Positions 37,050-49,850 of a DNA stretch of 64,000 nt are shown one piece after another; positions within the stretch are counted from its first letter, which is position 1; each line of letters opens with the position of its first letter. The DNA comes from Leucoraja erinacea (lineage: Eukaryota), in NCBI RefSeq assembly GCF_028641065.1, contig NC_073399.1, forward strand, positions 19,654,001 to 19,718,000, given 5' to 3'. The notes beneath the pieces were generated by a model. It ran no database searches and was not told where the DNA came from. It saw only the letters and a program-made list of their open reading frames with translations. Made by a program: the position numbers and the translations under genes.

Positions 37050-38350
37050 GTCGGGTGTGTCGGAGCCGTGAGCGGGAGCGCGCCGCCACTTTGTATCCTT
37101 TGGATAGTTTGTTGCAGTTTGGTCCCAGATCGCTACAAAGTGTTCGGTCGAGAGAGCGCGGAAAGGCGGGGAGCATCATGACCAAAGACCAGCTCAGGCC
37201 GCGGCTTTGTGTCATCAGCAAGGGCCCCAATGGCTACGGGTTCCATCTGCACGGGGAGAAGGGCAAGACGGGTCAGTTCATCCGCCTGGTGGAAGAGAGC
37301 TCGCCGTCCGAGGGAGCGGGGCTGAAGGCCGGTGACAGGGTGGTGCATGTCAATGGCGACAACGTGGAGCAGGACAGCCACCAGCAAGTGGTGCAGAAGA
37401 TCAAGGCAGTGGCCAACGAGACGCGGCTGCTAGTGGTGGACAAGGAGACGGACGAGCTGCTGAAGAGCATGGGGCTGGAGTGTAAGGAAGAGTATATCCA
37501 CGGCATCCCGGACCAGGAGCAGGGCGCCGAGCAGCTGCCCGAGCCCAAAGACCCAACACCGACAGCCGAGCTCAATCAGGCTGACAGCGTGTCTCAGACT
37601 AGCAGCGATAAGGTACGTGGCGGCCCGGCTCGCGTTGGGAGCCTGATTCGGGCTGGGTAGCTGAGTGTCACAGCCCGCCTCTGCACTCGCTCCGCTTCCC
37701 TCGGACGCTTCGGGTGTGAACCAGGAGCCCAGCCACCCTGCCCGGGGCACCTGTTAAGAAGCGGAGTGGTGGTCACATTCGAGCCCGCGGTTCGAAACAA
37801 GGCGGAAGCGATTCCGAGAGAGCGATACGTTCCTCGGGGAATCGAGACATTTGGGAGTTGTGCGGGGAAGTGGCGCTGAGGTTAGAGACCAGCTCGGCTC
37901 TTATTGTGAAGCCGAGCACAGCAGGAGGGGCCGAGTGGCTCACTGCCAGTGCACTGGACACGGGCTGGGCAGAGTCCCCTGCCACCGGATCGGTTGTTGC
38001 GGCGGGCGGGCGGTCACACGGTGCGGGAGGAGGCTCGATGTGAGCGGGAGGGAGCTGAGCGGATGTCCTGGACGGCGGTGGGGGAGGGAGGCTTCCTCTC
38101 CCGCGGGGATGTTGGGCGGTTTCCTTTTGGGAACAGAAAAATAAAGTCCAGCTTGAGTTTATTTAGCTCTTATAAGATTGGAGGGTTGTTTCAGCAGCAA
38201 TGTCCGTGTCAGGTTTGTTTTGAAGCTCGGAGTGAGGTGGAGTGTCTGGTTTGATCGGAGTTGTCAGTCGTGTCCGGAACAATACGTGACCCGCCGTTCG
38301 GGGACTTCAGTGACCAGTCAGTCACCAGATCTGATTTAAGCGCCGTTCGC
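37050..38350. promoter_or_regulatory. CpG island over the NHERF1 promoter, exon 1 and intron start
   Basis: Visibly dense CpG and high GC against CpG-poor flanks. Confidence 0.75.
37178..37612 (+). CDS. NHERF1: NHERF1 (SLC9A3R1/EBP50) coding exon 1: PDZ1 domain plus linker
   Basis: [39 protein letters not shown]...[10 protein letters not shown] with the GYGF PDZ loop; ATG has A at -3; 435 nt, donor AAG|GTACGT. NHERF1 preferred over NHERF2 because of KGPNGYGF and linkage to GGA3. Confidence 0.88.
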
Positions 38351-38504
38351 GTTTACTGCTGGTCTTTAACATAGGCGTTGAGGTTGTTTTAGAAACAGGC
38401 AGAATAACACCTGGATCAAACCTGGTTCCCAGCAATCAGGATATCGGCTTCGCTGCTGGAAGTTGGATGTTTATTCCAAGTGGCCATTCTTTCTGAATGA
38501 ACCC

Positions 38505-38598
38505 GTCTGAAGAAGGGTTTCGGCCCGAAACGTTGCCTATTTCCTTCGCTCCATAGATGCTGCTGCACCCGCTGAGTTTCTCCAGCTTTTTTGTGTAC
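38505..38598 (+). mobile_element. Short Penelope-like terminal module with hammerhead-like core
   Basis: CTGAAGA-AGGGT-TTCG-GCCC-GAAACGTT at 38507-38534. Confidence 0.75.
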
Positions 38599-39399
38599 CG
38601 GCCATTCTTTCTTCCAGGCCGTTGCGTTGTGAAACGCAGGAGTTTAGGCACATCTCCAAGAAAGGTTTCTTGGTGGCGAAGTGGAAGATTCATTATTTCT
38701 GTGTACGTGTGTGGGGGAGGAATTGTTTCGCGTATGTGTGTGTGAGAGAGAGATAGAAAGAGAAATGTCAGTACTTTTTTTGAATTGGTGTAGATTCGGA
38801 TATTGCTGATGGCATAATTCAGCGGGGCACCCGGATTTTAATTTATTTTGAATTGTCACGTGTACCTAGGAACAGTGAAAAGCTTTTGTTACGTGCTAAC
38901 CAGTCAGCACAGACAATACATGATTACATTCGAGTCATCCAGTGTGCAGATGCACGATAAAGTGAATAAAGTGCAAGATAAAGTCGAGTAAAGTCCGATT
39001 AAAGGACTCCAATGAGGTACATGATAGCATCTTTGTAATGCGCGTTTTCAGCTCAGTTAGTGTTCTACACTTGAATGGACCGAGTGCCCTCTGTGTTCTG
39101 TTGAATTCTCATCCTAGTCATGGTTGCAGCTGCGTTTTAGTACCTCGTCCCTTTGTTACATGCAGGTTATCCAGCAGCTGTGTCATTATTGAATGGATGA
39201 GTATTGGATCATCACTGCCCTGATGTTTGTCTGGGTGCTGCTTGTACCTGCACAATGAGTCTGAAAGCCATCCCTTTGGTGTTTGTGTAAGGATGAGTGC
39301 ACTTTGAAGTGAAGGGTCCATTTACACAGCTCGAAGTTTGGCACCCCTTGCAATAATCCGCAGCGCATTGGTAGGCTGTGATTTGTAATACAATTTAAA

Positions 39400-39785
39400 G
39401 TGAGTGTTCCAAATCACAGGATTCGAGCTGCTCTCCAGGTGTATACGTATTATATTCATGCTGACGTCCCAGTGCTGCCCCGTTCCTTGGTGGTACCATC
39501 TCTTAGATGAAATAAGAGAAGACTTGGCTTCTTGGACAAACTTAAAAGATGCCAAGAGTAGAAGAATTTGCTTCATTGTTCTGTCCCAGGGTCAAATCTC
39601 CCAGAAATGTGATTAATTTGAAACTCGAGTAATTTGGTCATTACTGTGTAATTGCTTGTGCCAATTTCTGAATATATATTGGCTGCTGTGGTTTACACAT
39701 TGACAGCAACGCTTAAAGATCTCAATTGGTTTTCGAGCATTGATACTCCGAGCTTATGAAAGGCACTCGATAAATACAAGTCCGC
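39400..39785 (+). mobile_element. Ancient Deu-domain SINE (SacSINE1/AmnSINE1-like)
   Basis: TTGGTCATT...ATTGGCTGCTGTGGTTT...TGAAAGGCACTCGATAAATACAAGTC resembles the recalled DeuSINE 3' half. Confidence 0.5.
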
Positions 39786-40645
39786 CTTTCTTGTTGCACA
39801 TTGCCAACCTCTTGACATCATGGGCTCACAATACAAACTCTACTTGTATGGTGGTCACAGAGGATAGGGGCTCATTGCGAATGGGCTTCTGATAGGGCCT
39901 GTGATCACCTTATTGGGTGGAACAGGGTTTATCTGCTATTGTTACCTGTGGGCGAAAGTGGTCTGGAAAGGATCATTTCCTCATTGCTTGAACTTGCAGA
40001 GAAGGGTCACCTCGCCTACTCCTCCCACAGTTTGTGGGTGTCCTGGCTGTTGTCTCATTGGACAATTAGACCTCCTCCAATGTATGCCCTGCCACCATCA
40101 AGAGGAGATAATTTGGGGAGGAAAAACCTTACTTTTCTCCTTGCCCTGGGTACTGAGCATGCCTCGGGTGAGTCGAACCACTTTTAAAACGAGCTGTTTT
40201 AGGGCATTGAGTGAATCACAGCTGGTAGCTGCTGGGTTTAGTTTTGAATGTATATCTAAAATTCATGAGTTTGTGGTGTCGTATTTTAGTTCACTTCAGT
40301 CATCAGTCAGACTTGAATAAGGCGCCTCAGATTTCTTCTCCTGTACATGGGTTAAGTATCTGAAACTGAACTCTCAGTCTAAACCATTCTTTCCCTGGTA
40401 TTTGTAACCGTGCTGCTCAATTAGCCCTGTTGATGTATTAATGTTGTAGATGGAAACATCACAAACCACCACACAAAGTGTAACATGTCCTTCACCTCAT
40501 TGCTTCCATTCAAGCAACCGAATTACGCCCACAAGTGTTGCTCAAGTGCTCTCCTCGTCTTTGAGAAAAACAAGCACAGAGAAACTGTACCTTTTTCATA
40601 ATATGAACACATGAGTTGCTAGTTGTTCTATTCGAATGGATGAAG

Positions 40646-41107
40646 AGAGACACGAGGAACTACAGATATTGGAATCTTGAGCAAAAACACAAAGTGTTTT
40701 AGGAACTCGGAAGGTCAGGCAGCATCTGTGGAGGAAATGGACAAACCATGTTTCTGGTCGAGACTCATCTTCAGACTGCTTGTAGTAAGAGGGGAGAAAG
40801 CTGGAAAAAAGATGTAGGTGTGGGACAAAGCCTGGCAAGTGATAGGCGGATACAGGGGGGGGGGGGGGGTTATTGATTGGCAGGTGGGTTGAGTAAACAT
40901 TTGACCACCCATCTGTCGATTAAAACATTCCTAAATCTTTATCTACCAATAACCTGCCGTACTTTGTCCCACTTCCATCTTGCTTTTCCAACACCCTCCC
41001 CCAAGTTGCTATGAAGAAGGGTCCAGACCTGAAACATCCTTTGTCCATTTCCTCTCCAGATGTTGCCTGACCTGCTGAGTTCCTCCAGCACATTGTGTTT
41101 TGCTTAC
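40646..41107. mobile_element. Older, longer fold-back Penelope-like insertion
   Basis: Inverted copies of the same 3' module at both ends; possible degenerate TSD AATGGATGAAG / AATAGATCAAG. Confidence 0.65.
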
Positions 41108-41862
41108 AATAGATCAAGTTTCATCATAAAGCTCTTATTCCTACCAAAATAGCACCCTTGCTATATTGTGGACTATATCCAGCTGGTGTACAAACTTGCT
41201 AATTGTTCCATCACTAAAAATTACAAATAATGTTGGCTCCATGTAGCTATTCCGCTGAATATAGCTAAATAGTCACATTCTGATTGCTGTATAAAAATCC
41301 CACACAACATAATGAAATGTTGATCAGAGGCTATAATTCACGATTAAAATCCTGTTCATAGTTCTTCGCATGTACAGCTAACGACTGCTGGGATATTGAA
41401 CACACAAGACTAAATGATAAATATCCTGATTACGACATTGACTCTTCAATCTCAAAGTTGGGACTGGTGTTGGACCATCCTGACCATTTTAATCACCGCG
41501 TACATGCAATTCTAGAGAATAAAATGAGGGCTTAGAGTTTGTGGTCAGTGGCGGTGAGCCAACATTGCTTGAACCTGACCCACACAAGAAGGTTTAAATA
41601 ATTAGTGTGCTACTCCAAGCACCAGTTTGCTGAAAGATACTAGCTCCAGCCTCGGCAGTGATTCCATTGCAGCAGCTTTCAGCTGGCAAATCACTGCAAG
41701 AGACTGCGGGCATCCCTGCCCATGTATTGTGTGATGGTTGGCTGCCAAATGTTCACAAACATTCAAACATTTATAACTGTTTCACAATTAGTCAATCTAT
41801 GCTTAAAAAACAATAACATGAAACACTTTGATCAGGATCATAGAGAGATGCAGCACAGTGGG

Positions 41863-44800
41863 GTGTCGAATGGGATAGTGGAGGATGGAGTTAAAGGGAA
41901 AGGGTTTCTTAAATGTGTGAGCGTAGGGACAGAGGGGTGTAAAATGAGGATAGAAGCAATAGGTAGCAAGGTGAAAAGTAAAAGTGGCAGGCAGACAAAA
42001 CCAGGGCAAAAATCAAAAAGGGCCACTTTTCAACATAATTGTATAAGGGGTAAGAGTGTTGTAAAAACAAGCCTGAAGGCTTTGTGTCTCAATGCAAGGA
42101 GCATTCGTAATAAGATGGATGAGTTGAATGTGCAGATAGCTATTAATGACTATGATATAGTTGGGATCACGGAGACATGGCTCCAGGGTGGCCAAGGCTG
42201 GGAGCTGAACATCCAGGGATATTCAATATTCAGGAGGGATAGAGAGAAAGGAAAAGGAGGTGGGGTAGCGTTGCTGATTAGAGAGGAGATTAACGCAATG
42301 GAAAGGAAGGACATTAGTTTGGAGGATGTGGAATCGGTATGGGTAGAACTGCGAAACACTAAGGGGCAGAAAACGCTGGTGGGTGTTGTGTACAGGCCAC
42401 CTAACAGTAGTAGCGAAGTTGGAGATGGTATCAAACAGGAAATTAGAAATGCGTGCGACAAAGGCAAAACAGTTATAATGGGTGACTTCAATCTACATAT
42501 AGATTGGGTGAATCAAATTGGCAGGGGTGCTGAGGAAAAGGATTTCTTGGAATGTATGCGGGATAGTTGTCTAAATCAACATGTAGAGGAACCAACGAGA
42601 GAGCAGGCTATTTTAGACTGGGTAATGAGTAATGAGGAAGGGTTAGTTAGCAGTCTTGTTGTACATGCCCCCTTGGGCAAGAGTGACCATAATATGGTTG
42701 AATTCTTCATTAGGATGGAGAGTGACATTGTTAATTCAGAAACAATGGTTCTGAACTTAAAGAAAGGTAACTTTGAGGGTATGAGACGTGAATTGGCCAA
42801 GATTGACTGGCAATTAATTCTAAAAGGGTTGACGGTGGATATGCAATGGAAAACATTTAAAGACTGCATGGATGAACTACAAAAATTGTTCAACCCAGTT
42901 TGGCAAAAGAATATATCAGGGAAGGTAGTACATCCGTGGATAACAAGGGAAATCAGGGATAGTATCAAAGCGAAGGATGATGCGTACAAATTAGCCAGAA
43001 AAAGCAGCATACCGGAGGACTGGAAGAAATTCAGAGACCAGTAGAGGAGGACAAAGGGCTTAATTAGGAAAGGAAAAATACATTATGAAAGAAAACTGGC
43101 AGGGAACATAAAAACTGACTGCAAAAGTTTTTATAGATATGTGAAAAGAAAGAGATTAGTTAAAACAAATGTAGGTCCCTTGCAGTCAGAAACAGGGTGA
43201 GTTGATCATGGGGAACAAGGATATGGCGGACCAATTGAATAACTACTTTGGTTCCGTCTTCACTAAGAAAGACATAAATAATCTGCCGGAAATAGCAGGG
43301 GACCACGGGTCAAAGGAGTTGGAGGAATTGAGTGAAATCCAGGTTAGTCGGGAAGTGGTGTTGGGTAAATTGAATGGATTAAATGCCGATAAATCCCCAG
43401 GGCCAGATAGGCTGCATCCCAGAGTACTTAAGGAAGTAGCTCCAGAAATAGTGGATGCATAGTAATAATCTTTCAAAACTCTTTAGATTCTGGAGTAGTT
43501 CTTGAGGATTGGCGGGTAGCAAACGTAACCCCACTTTTTAAGAAGGGAGGGAGAGAGAAAATGGGGAATTACAGACCAGTTAGTCTAACATCGGCAGTGG
43601 GGAAACTGCTAGAGTCAGTTATTAAAGATGGGATAGCAGCACATTTGGAAAGTGGTGAAATCATTGGACAAAGTCAGCATGGATTTACGAAAGGTAAATC
43701 ATGTCTGACGAATCTTATAGAATTTTTCGAGGATGTAACTAGTAGCGTGGATAGGGGAGAACCAGTGGATGTGGTGTATCTAGACTTCCAGAAGGCTTTC
43801 GACAAGGTCCCACATAAGAGATTAGTATACAAACTTAAAGCACATGGCATTGGGGGTTCAGTATTGATGTGGATAGATAACTGGTTGGCAAACAGGAAGC
43901 AAAGAGTAGGTGTAAACGGGTCCTTTTCACAATGGCAGGCAGTGACTAGTGGGGTACCGCAAGGCTCAGTGCTGGGACCCCAGCTATTTACAATATATAT
44001 TAATGATTTGGATGAGGGAATTGAAGGCAATATCTCCAAGTTTGCGGATGACACTAAGCTGGGGGGCAGTGTTAGCTATGAGGAGGATGCTAGGAGACTG
44101 CAAGGTGACTTGGACAGGCTGGGTGAGTGGGCAAATGTTTGGCAGATGCAGTATAATGTGGATACATGTGAGGTTATCCATTTTGGTGGCAAAAACAGGA
44201 AAGCAGGCTATTATCTAAATGGTGGCCGACTAGGAAAAGGGGAGATGCAGCGAGGCCTGGGTGTCATGGTACACCAGTCATTGAAAGTAGGCATGCAGGT
44301 GCAGCAGGCAGTGAAGAAAGCAAATGGTATGTTAGCTTTCATAGCAAAAGGATTTGAGTATAGGAGCAGGGAGGTTCTACTGCAGTTGTACAGGGTCTTG
44401 GTGAGACCACACCTGGAGTATTGCGTACAGTTTTGGTCTCCAAATCTGAGGAAGGACATTATTGCCATAGAGGGAGTGCAGAGAAGGTTCACCAGACTGA
44501 TTCCTGGGATGTCAGGACTGTCTTATGAAGAAATACTGGATAGACTTGGTTTATACTCTCTAGAATTTAGGAGATTGAGGGGGGATCTTATAGAAACTTA
44601 CAAAATTCTTAAGGGGTTGGACAGGCTAGATGCAGGAAGATTGCTCCCGATGTTGGGAAGTCCTGGACAAGGGGTCACAGCTTGAGGATAAGGGGGAAAT
44701 CCTTTAAAACCGAGATGAGAAGAACATTTTTCACTGGTGAATCTCTGGAACTCTCTGCCACAGAGGGTAGTCGAGGCCAGTTCATTGGCTATATTTAAGA

Positions 44801-44960
44801 GGGAGTTAGATGTGGCCCTTGTGGCTAAGAGGATCAGAGGGTATGGAGAGAAGGCAGGTACGGGATACTGAGTTGGATGATCAGCCATTATCATATTGAA
44901 TGGCAGTGCAGGCTCGAAGGGCCGAATGGCCTACTCCTGCACCTAATTTCTATGTTTCTA
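41863..44960 (+). mobile_element. Young CR1 LINE, near-complete ORF2 (APE endonuclease plus RT), lightly disrupted
   Basis: NARS, GITETW, VYRPP, MGDFN, SDH endonuclease motifs; YRPVSLTS, QHGF, YLDFQKAFDKV, GVPQGSVLGP, KFADD RT motifs; (TTTCTATG)n tail; stops at 43042 and 43460, frameshift near 43195. Confidence 0.95.
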
Positions 44961-45292
44961 TTAGTGGGCCTCTGTGGGCCCATCGAGTCTGCACTGACCT
45001 TCAACAGACCCATTTACAATAATTCTACATTAATCCCATTTTATTCTCCTTGCGATCCTATATACTCTCCTAGATTTTACCACAGATGGGGCAATTTATC
45101 ATGGCCAACTAATGTACCATCCCACACGTCATAGGTATGTTGAGGAAACTGGAACACCCGGGGAAGACCAGATGGTCACAGATAGAAAGTACAAACCCCT
45201 CACAGAGTGCACCTGTAGTTGGAATTGAACCCAATTCCCCAGTGCTGAACCCAGTGCTGCGAGGCAGCTGCTCCATTAGCTATACCACACTG
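44961..45292 (-). mobile_element. V-SINE (HE1-like); its tail appears split by the 41863 CR1
   Basis: Homologous to the other copies; tail remnant CATAGAGAGATGCAGCAC at about 41839-41856. Confidence 0.7.
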
Positions 45293-45419
45293 CTGATTAA
45301 ACTGAGATAACAAAAACAATCCCAAACTCCCACCATTGCGCTGATCCCCAACTTGCTTTGAAGTTACTGGGGCAGAACTCGCTGTATCAGGGCTAACCAG
45401 GTTCAAGTTATTTTGCAAA

Positions 45420-47030
45420 CGCTTAGAACAGTACAGCATTGGAGCAGGCTCTTCTGCCCACGATGTCTGTGCTGAATGTGATGCCAAAATAAGCCCATCT
45501 CTGCCTGCATTTGATCCGTATCCCTCCATTCTCCGCATAGTCACATGTCTATCTAAAAGCCTCTGCAACACAGCTATCGTATTTGCTTCCATCACCACTC
45601 CTGTCCGAGTGTTCTAGGCACCCCCTCGTACTGTTTTTAAATTTGCCTTGCACATCCTTTTCCCGCTCTGATCTTAAAGTTATGCCTTCTACGCTTTGAC
45701 ATTTCAACACTATCTATACCTCTCATTTTTTTTTAAATATTCTGAACTTATTTCAACCTCCAACACTGCAGAAAATGCAATTGAAGTTTGTCCAATTTAA
45801 TCCCACAGATAATACTATCAATTCCTGGCTGCATTCTGGTAAACCACTTCTGCGTTCTCTACAAAGCCTCCACATACTTTCTGTTACAGGGTGACCAAAA
45901 TGACACAATACTGCAATTGTGGCCTAACTAAAGTTCTATAAAACTGCAATTTCCAGTGTAAGTGTGAAACCAGCATCGGGCACATTTGTGAAACTGGTGA
46001 TAAGCAGCTAACAACAAGTTTGGAGCGTTATGTTCCCATACACTTGCATGGAAATTCTGAACTTAGTCACAAAGTCAAACAATATGGAAACAGACTCTTT
46101 AGCCCAACTCGTCATGCTGATCAAGAAGCCAATCTAAGGTAGTCCCATTTACCTGTGTTAGTCCCGTAGCCTTTAAAGCTTTCCTTATCATGTACTGTCC
46201 TAATGTCTTTTTAACTGTTGTCATACCTGCATCATCTACATCTGACGGGTTGTTCTGTATACGTAACATCCTTTAAGTGGAAAAAGTTGCCCCTCGGGTC
46301 CTCTCTCACCTTAAATCTAAGCTCCCTAGTTCTTGATTCCCCAGTCCTGGAAAAAGGACTGTGTGCATTTGCGTTATCTATGCCCTTCATAATATTATAC
46401 ACTTGTATATGATCATCCCCCAGTCTCCTATGCTTCAAGAAATAATGTCCCAGACTTTCCAATCCCTCCCTGTAACTCAGTCCCTTGAGTCTTGACAACA
46501 TCCTCCTAAATCGTTCCTGCACTCTTTCCAGCTTAATAGCTAATGCCTTCTAATCCAGGCACCATTCTGGTAAACCTCGTCTGAACCTTTTGCAAAGCTT
46601 CAACCACCTTGCTGCAATAGAGCGACCAGAACTGCACACAAGATCCTAAATATGGTCTGACCAAAATGTTATGAAGCCGCAATATAACTTCCTGACTGTT
46701 ATACTCAATGTCTCGACCCATAAAGGCAAGCAAACCAAACGCCGCCTTGAGTCTATTTACTTGTGTAGCCACTTTCAGGGTGCTTAAGGACCTGGTCGCT
46801 GAGATCCCTCTGAACATCAGTGCTGTAAAGGGCCTTGCCATTAACTGTATACGCTCCCATTGCATTCAGCCTCTCAAAGTGCAGCACCTCACACTTGTTT
46901 GTATTAAATGCCATCTGCAATTGCTCCACATATATCTAACCGATCGACATCCTGTTGTATTCTCTGGCAGCCTCACCGTAGGCATGTCTGTCATATTGGT
47001 GTCTTATGCCAACTTACTAACCAACCTATT
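45420..47030 (-). mobile_element. Cluster of degraded antisense CR1 3' fragments
   Basis: LVRPYLGSCVQFWS...FTRMVPGLEGISY; QERFRRMLSRLKGLSY. Confidence 0.8.
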
Positions 47031-47619
47031 TGTATTTATGTCTGTATAATCTATGGCTGGACATGTGTTTTAGCCTTAAACTATTCTTTATCAGAAAATT
47101 AAAGATGAACTTCTGATTGAAACATTTGGGCATCCAGCAATGAGATTTACTGTTTATTTCGTGGGCTACATCACTGTTGCAAGCTCACTGAGAGCTTCTG
47201 TACAGATTGGTAACCAAGACCGTTAAAAGTTAACAGCTTTAAGCAGCTAGTTCACTGAAAACAGGAACTGTGGTGCAATAGTGCTGCTCTTTTATTGGTG
47301 CAGCTCATGTGGTTTTTAATTAAGAATCCACAGTATTGGCTTAAAATGGCTGCAGTGTCAGTGCTGGCTGTTCTATAGAAAGAAATGCGACTTCTAAGGG
47401 AATGACCAAGTAATGTTAATGATGTTAAATGCGGGATAAGCATTGACCAAGACTCTTGAGAAGCCCGTGTTCCAGCGTTGATGTCTTTGTGCAGCCCATT
47501 CTGTATGTCCTGCTGTGCACAGGATTGTATTGTGTCTCTGTATTCTTATAATATTTCCCTTCAGAAGATGCAATGTACCTGCAACTGGAGTTCTGGCAGG
47601 TTATTCCATCATTGAACAG

Positions 47620-47825
47620 AGTACAGAATTTGCACTCTATGCAGTGGGCAAGGCTGGAAGACTTGCAGGTGAACTTCTGTCTCACTTGGAAAGTTGGGGG
47701 TCCCTGGATGGAAGTGAGCGAGGTGGTATAGGAACAGGTGTTGCATCTCTTTCGTATGTGACTGGTAGTAGAGTTATGTTGAAGGTGGCAGAAATATTGA
47801 TGTGTTGGCTAGAGGCTGAATGGTA
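47620..47825 (-). mobile_element. Degraded Penelope-like fragment
   Basis: RQKFTCKSSSLAHCIEC resembles the GIY-YIG start of the copy at 22130. Confidence 0.65.
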
Positions 47826-47839
47826 AAGAGGGTATCTGT

Positions 47840-48102
47840 GACGGCCTTTTTCTCCAATCGCCAGCCGGGGGCTTTGACTTTGACTCTGACATCGGGGGGG
47901 GGGGGGAGAGTGCAGTGGAGAGATAAGTTTTTTTTGGCCTTCCATCACAGCTATGTGATGGATGTTTATGTAAAATGTAATTATGTTGTGTCTGGGGTCT
48001 ATTTGTGTGTAATGTATGGCTGCAGAAACGGCATTTCGTTTGGACCTCCAGGGGTCCAAATGACAATTAAATTAAATTGACTCTTGACTCTTGACTCTCT
48101 CT
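47840..48102 (+). mobile_element. Related non-autonomous element 3' end with (TTGACTC)n tail
   Basis: Homologous to 31430-31675. Confidence 0.7.
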
Positions 48103-48149
48103 TGACTCCACTTGCTCCACCGATTTCTCCTGTTTCCTGTAATTCTCTT

Positions 48150-49020
48150 GCTCTCCTCCATCTAGAGAGAGAAGGATAGCGTTCTCTTGCTTCACTCGCC
48201 TTTCACTCCACCAATCTTCACATCCGAAACATCCCCTGACATTTCTGCCATATTTGGCGTCATCCCACCACCAGTCGCACCTTCTCGTCCCCATTCCTTT
48301 CCACTTTTAACAGGGACCATTCCCTCTCTAACTCCTTGGTTCGCTTATTCCTCGGCTCCAAACCCCTCTCCCTGGCACTTTTGTAACCCCTGTCCCTATT
48401 CCTCTCCTGCCATTCCCGGTGAGAGGTTCACTATTCAAACCTTGTTTATTACATTCGGTGCTCCCATGTGGCTGCCTCTGCATCAACAAGACTAGGCCAC
48501 AGTTTCGCTGAACATTCATTAAGGCTTGCTGAAGCTCCCAGTAGCCTGCCATTTTAACTGCCCTCCTCATTCCCTATACTGACCTTTCTGCCTTTGGAGT
48601 CCTCCTCTGTCAGAGTGAGGCCACATGCAAACCAGAGGGACGGCAATTTGTATTCCATTAGGTTGCATCCTTTCTCCATTTACCTTTTATTGCCCTCTTT
48701 CCCTCACCTTAGTCCCCTTCCACCCAGACACTTCCCTCCGGCTATAGATCTCATTATCCTCTTCTTTCTTTTATCTGGCACCCTTTTGTCTCCGTTTCAC
48801 CTCTGGCCTTCGTCATGATCTCCACCCAGTAATCCCCCTCATCTGTATCCACCTGTCATTTGCTGGGCTATGCTCCACCCCTGCTTCTCTTTTCTAGCTT
48901 TCTCCCCACTAGTCCATAAGTCTGAAGAAAGGTCACTAAATGGATGATATGTCATCTGTCCATTCCCTCCGCAGATGCTGCCTGATCTTCTTGAGTTCTT
49001 CCATCACATTGATTTTTGCA
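48150..49020 (+). mobile_element. Degraded Penelope-like 3' region
   Basis: Similar to the 22130-22685 copy; degenerate CTGAAGAAAGGTC at 48922. Confidence 0.65.
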
Positions 49021-49225
49021 CCTATTAAAGCAGGTATGGTGATTGGAATGCAGGTACCGCAATAACATCGATTGGGTGACATCTTTCTCTACATTTATTT
49101 TGAAGAGGCAATGGAAAAAGAGACCTGGCAATTGGTTTACCACCCCTTGATGATGGGAGGACAGGTTGATGATGCGGTTGCAAAACATAGGAGCTTGGGT
49201 TTTGAGGCAAATAATAGCAGAGAAG

Positions 49226-49850
49226 GTCAAGTTCAAGTTCAAACTTATTTGTCACATGCACCATAAGATGCAGTGAAATATAATTTACCATGCAGCGTTA
49301 CAATTAAGAAAGGACACAATACACAACATAATTCAACACAGACATCCACCACCACATTCTTCACTGTGGTGGAAGACATTGCAGTTCAGACAGTCCTCCT
49401 TCTCCGCCTCCCTTGTTCACCTGTGATCGGGGCCCTGACCCGCCGTAGTTGCCGCTACGGACGGTCTGATGTTCAAGCCCTCTGGTTGGGATGGTCAGAC
49501 CGCCGACGTCGGTACAGGTCGAGCACACCCCGCGTGCCCGGAGCTCCCAATCAGCCACCTCCTTACCGGAGACCGAGGCTTCCAGATGCTGTAGGCCGCA
49601 GTCTGGGGGTCAGAGATCTTCTTCGGCGACCCCCAGCGAGGGATCGCCCGCTCCACAATGGTAAGTAAAGTCCACTCCACGCCTGCTATCAGAAGCCCCA
49701 CAGAACGAGACTCCAAGACGCTGTAGGCCTCAGGCCAGCGGTCGGACCGCTTCTCCTGTGACCCCCGGCAAGGGGGCCTGTGATGTTACAGTCCCCGCTG
49801 CGCCGCTGCTGAAGCTCTTGGGCCTGCGATGTTACAGTCCCTGCTGCGCA
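49226..49850 (-). mobile_element. GC-rich non-autonomous element with (TTGAAC)n tail
   Basis: Similar 3' architecture on the minus strand; CpG-rich body. Confidence 0.6.

Noticed and set aside
37055-37177. In-frame N-terminal extension of NHERF1
   Set aside because: Begins at a non-ATG codon in GC-rich UTR; ATG 37178 has good context and matches family starts.
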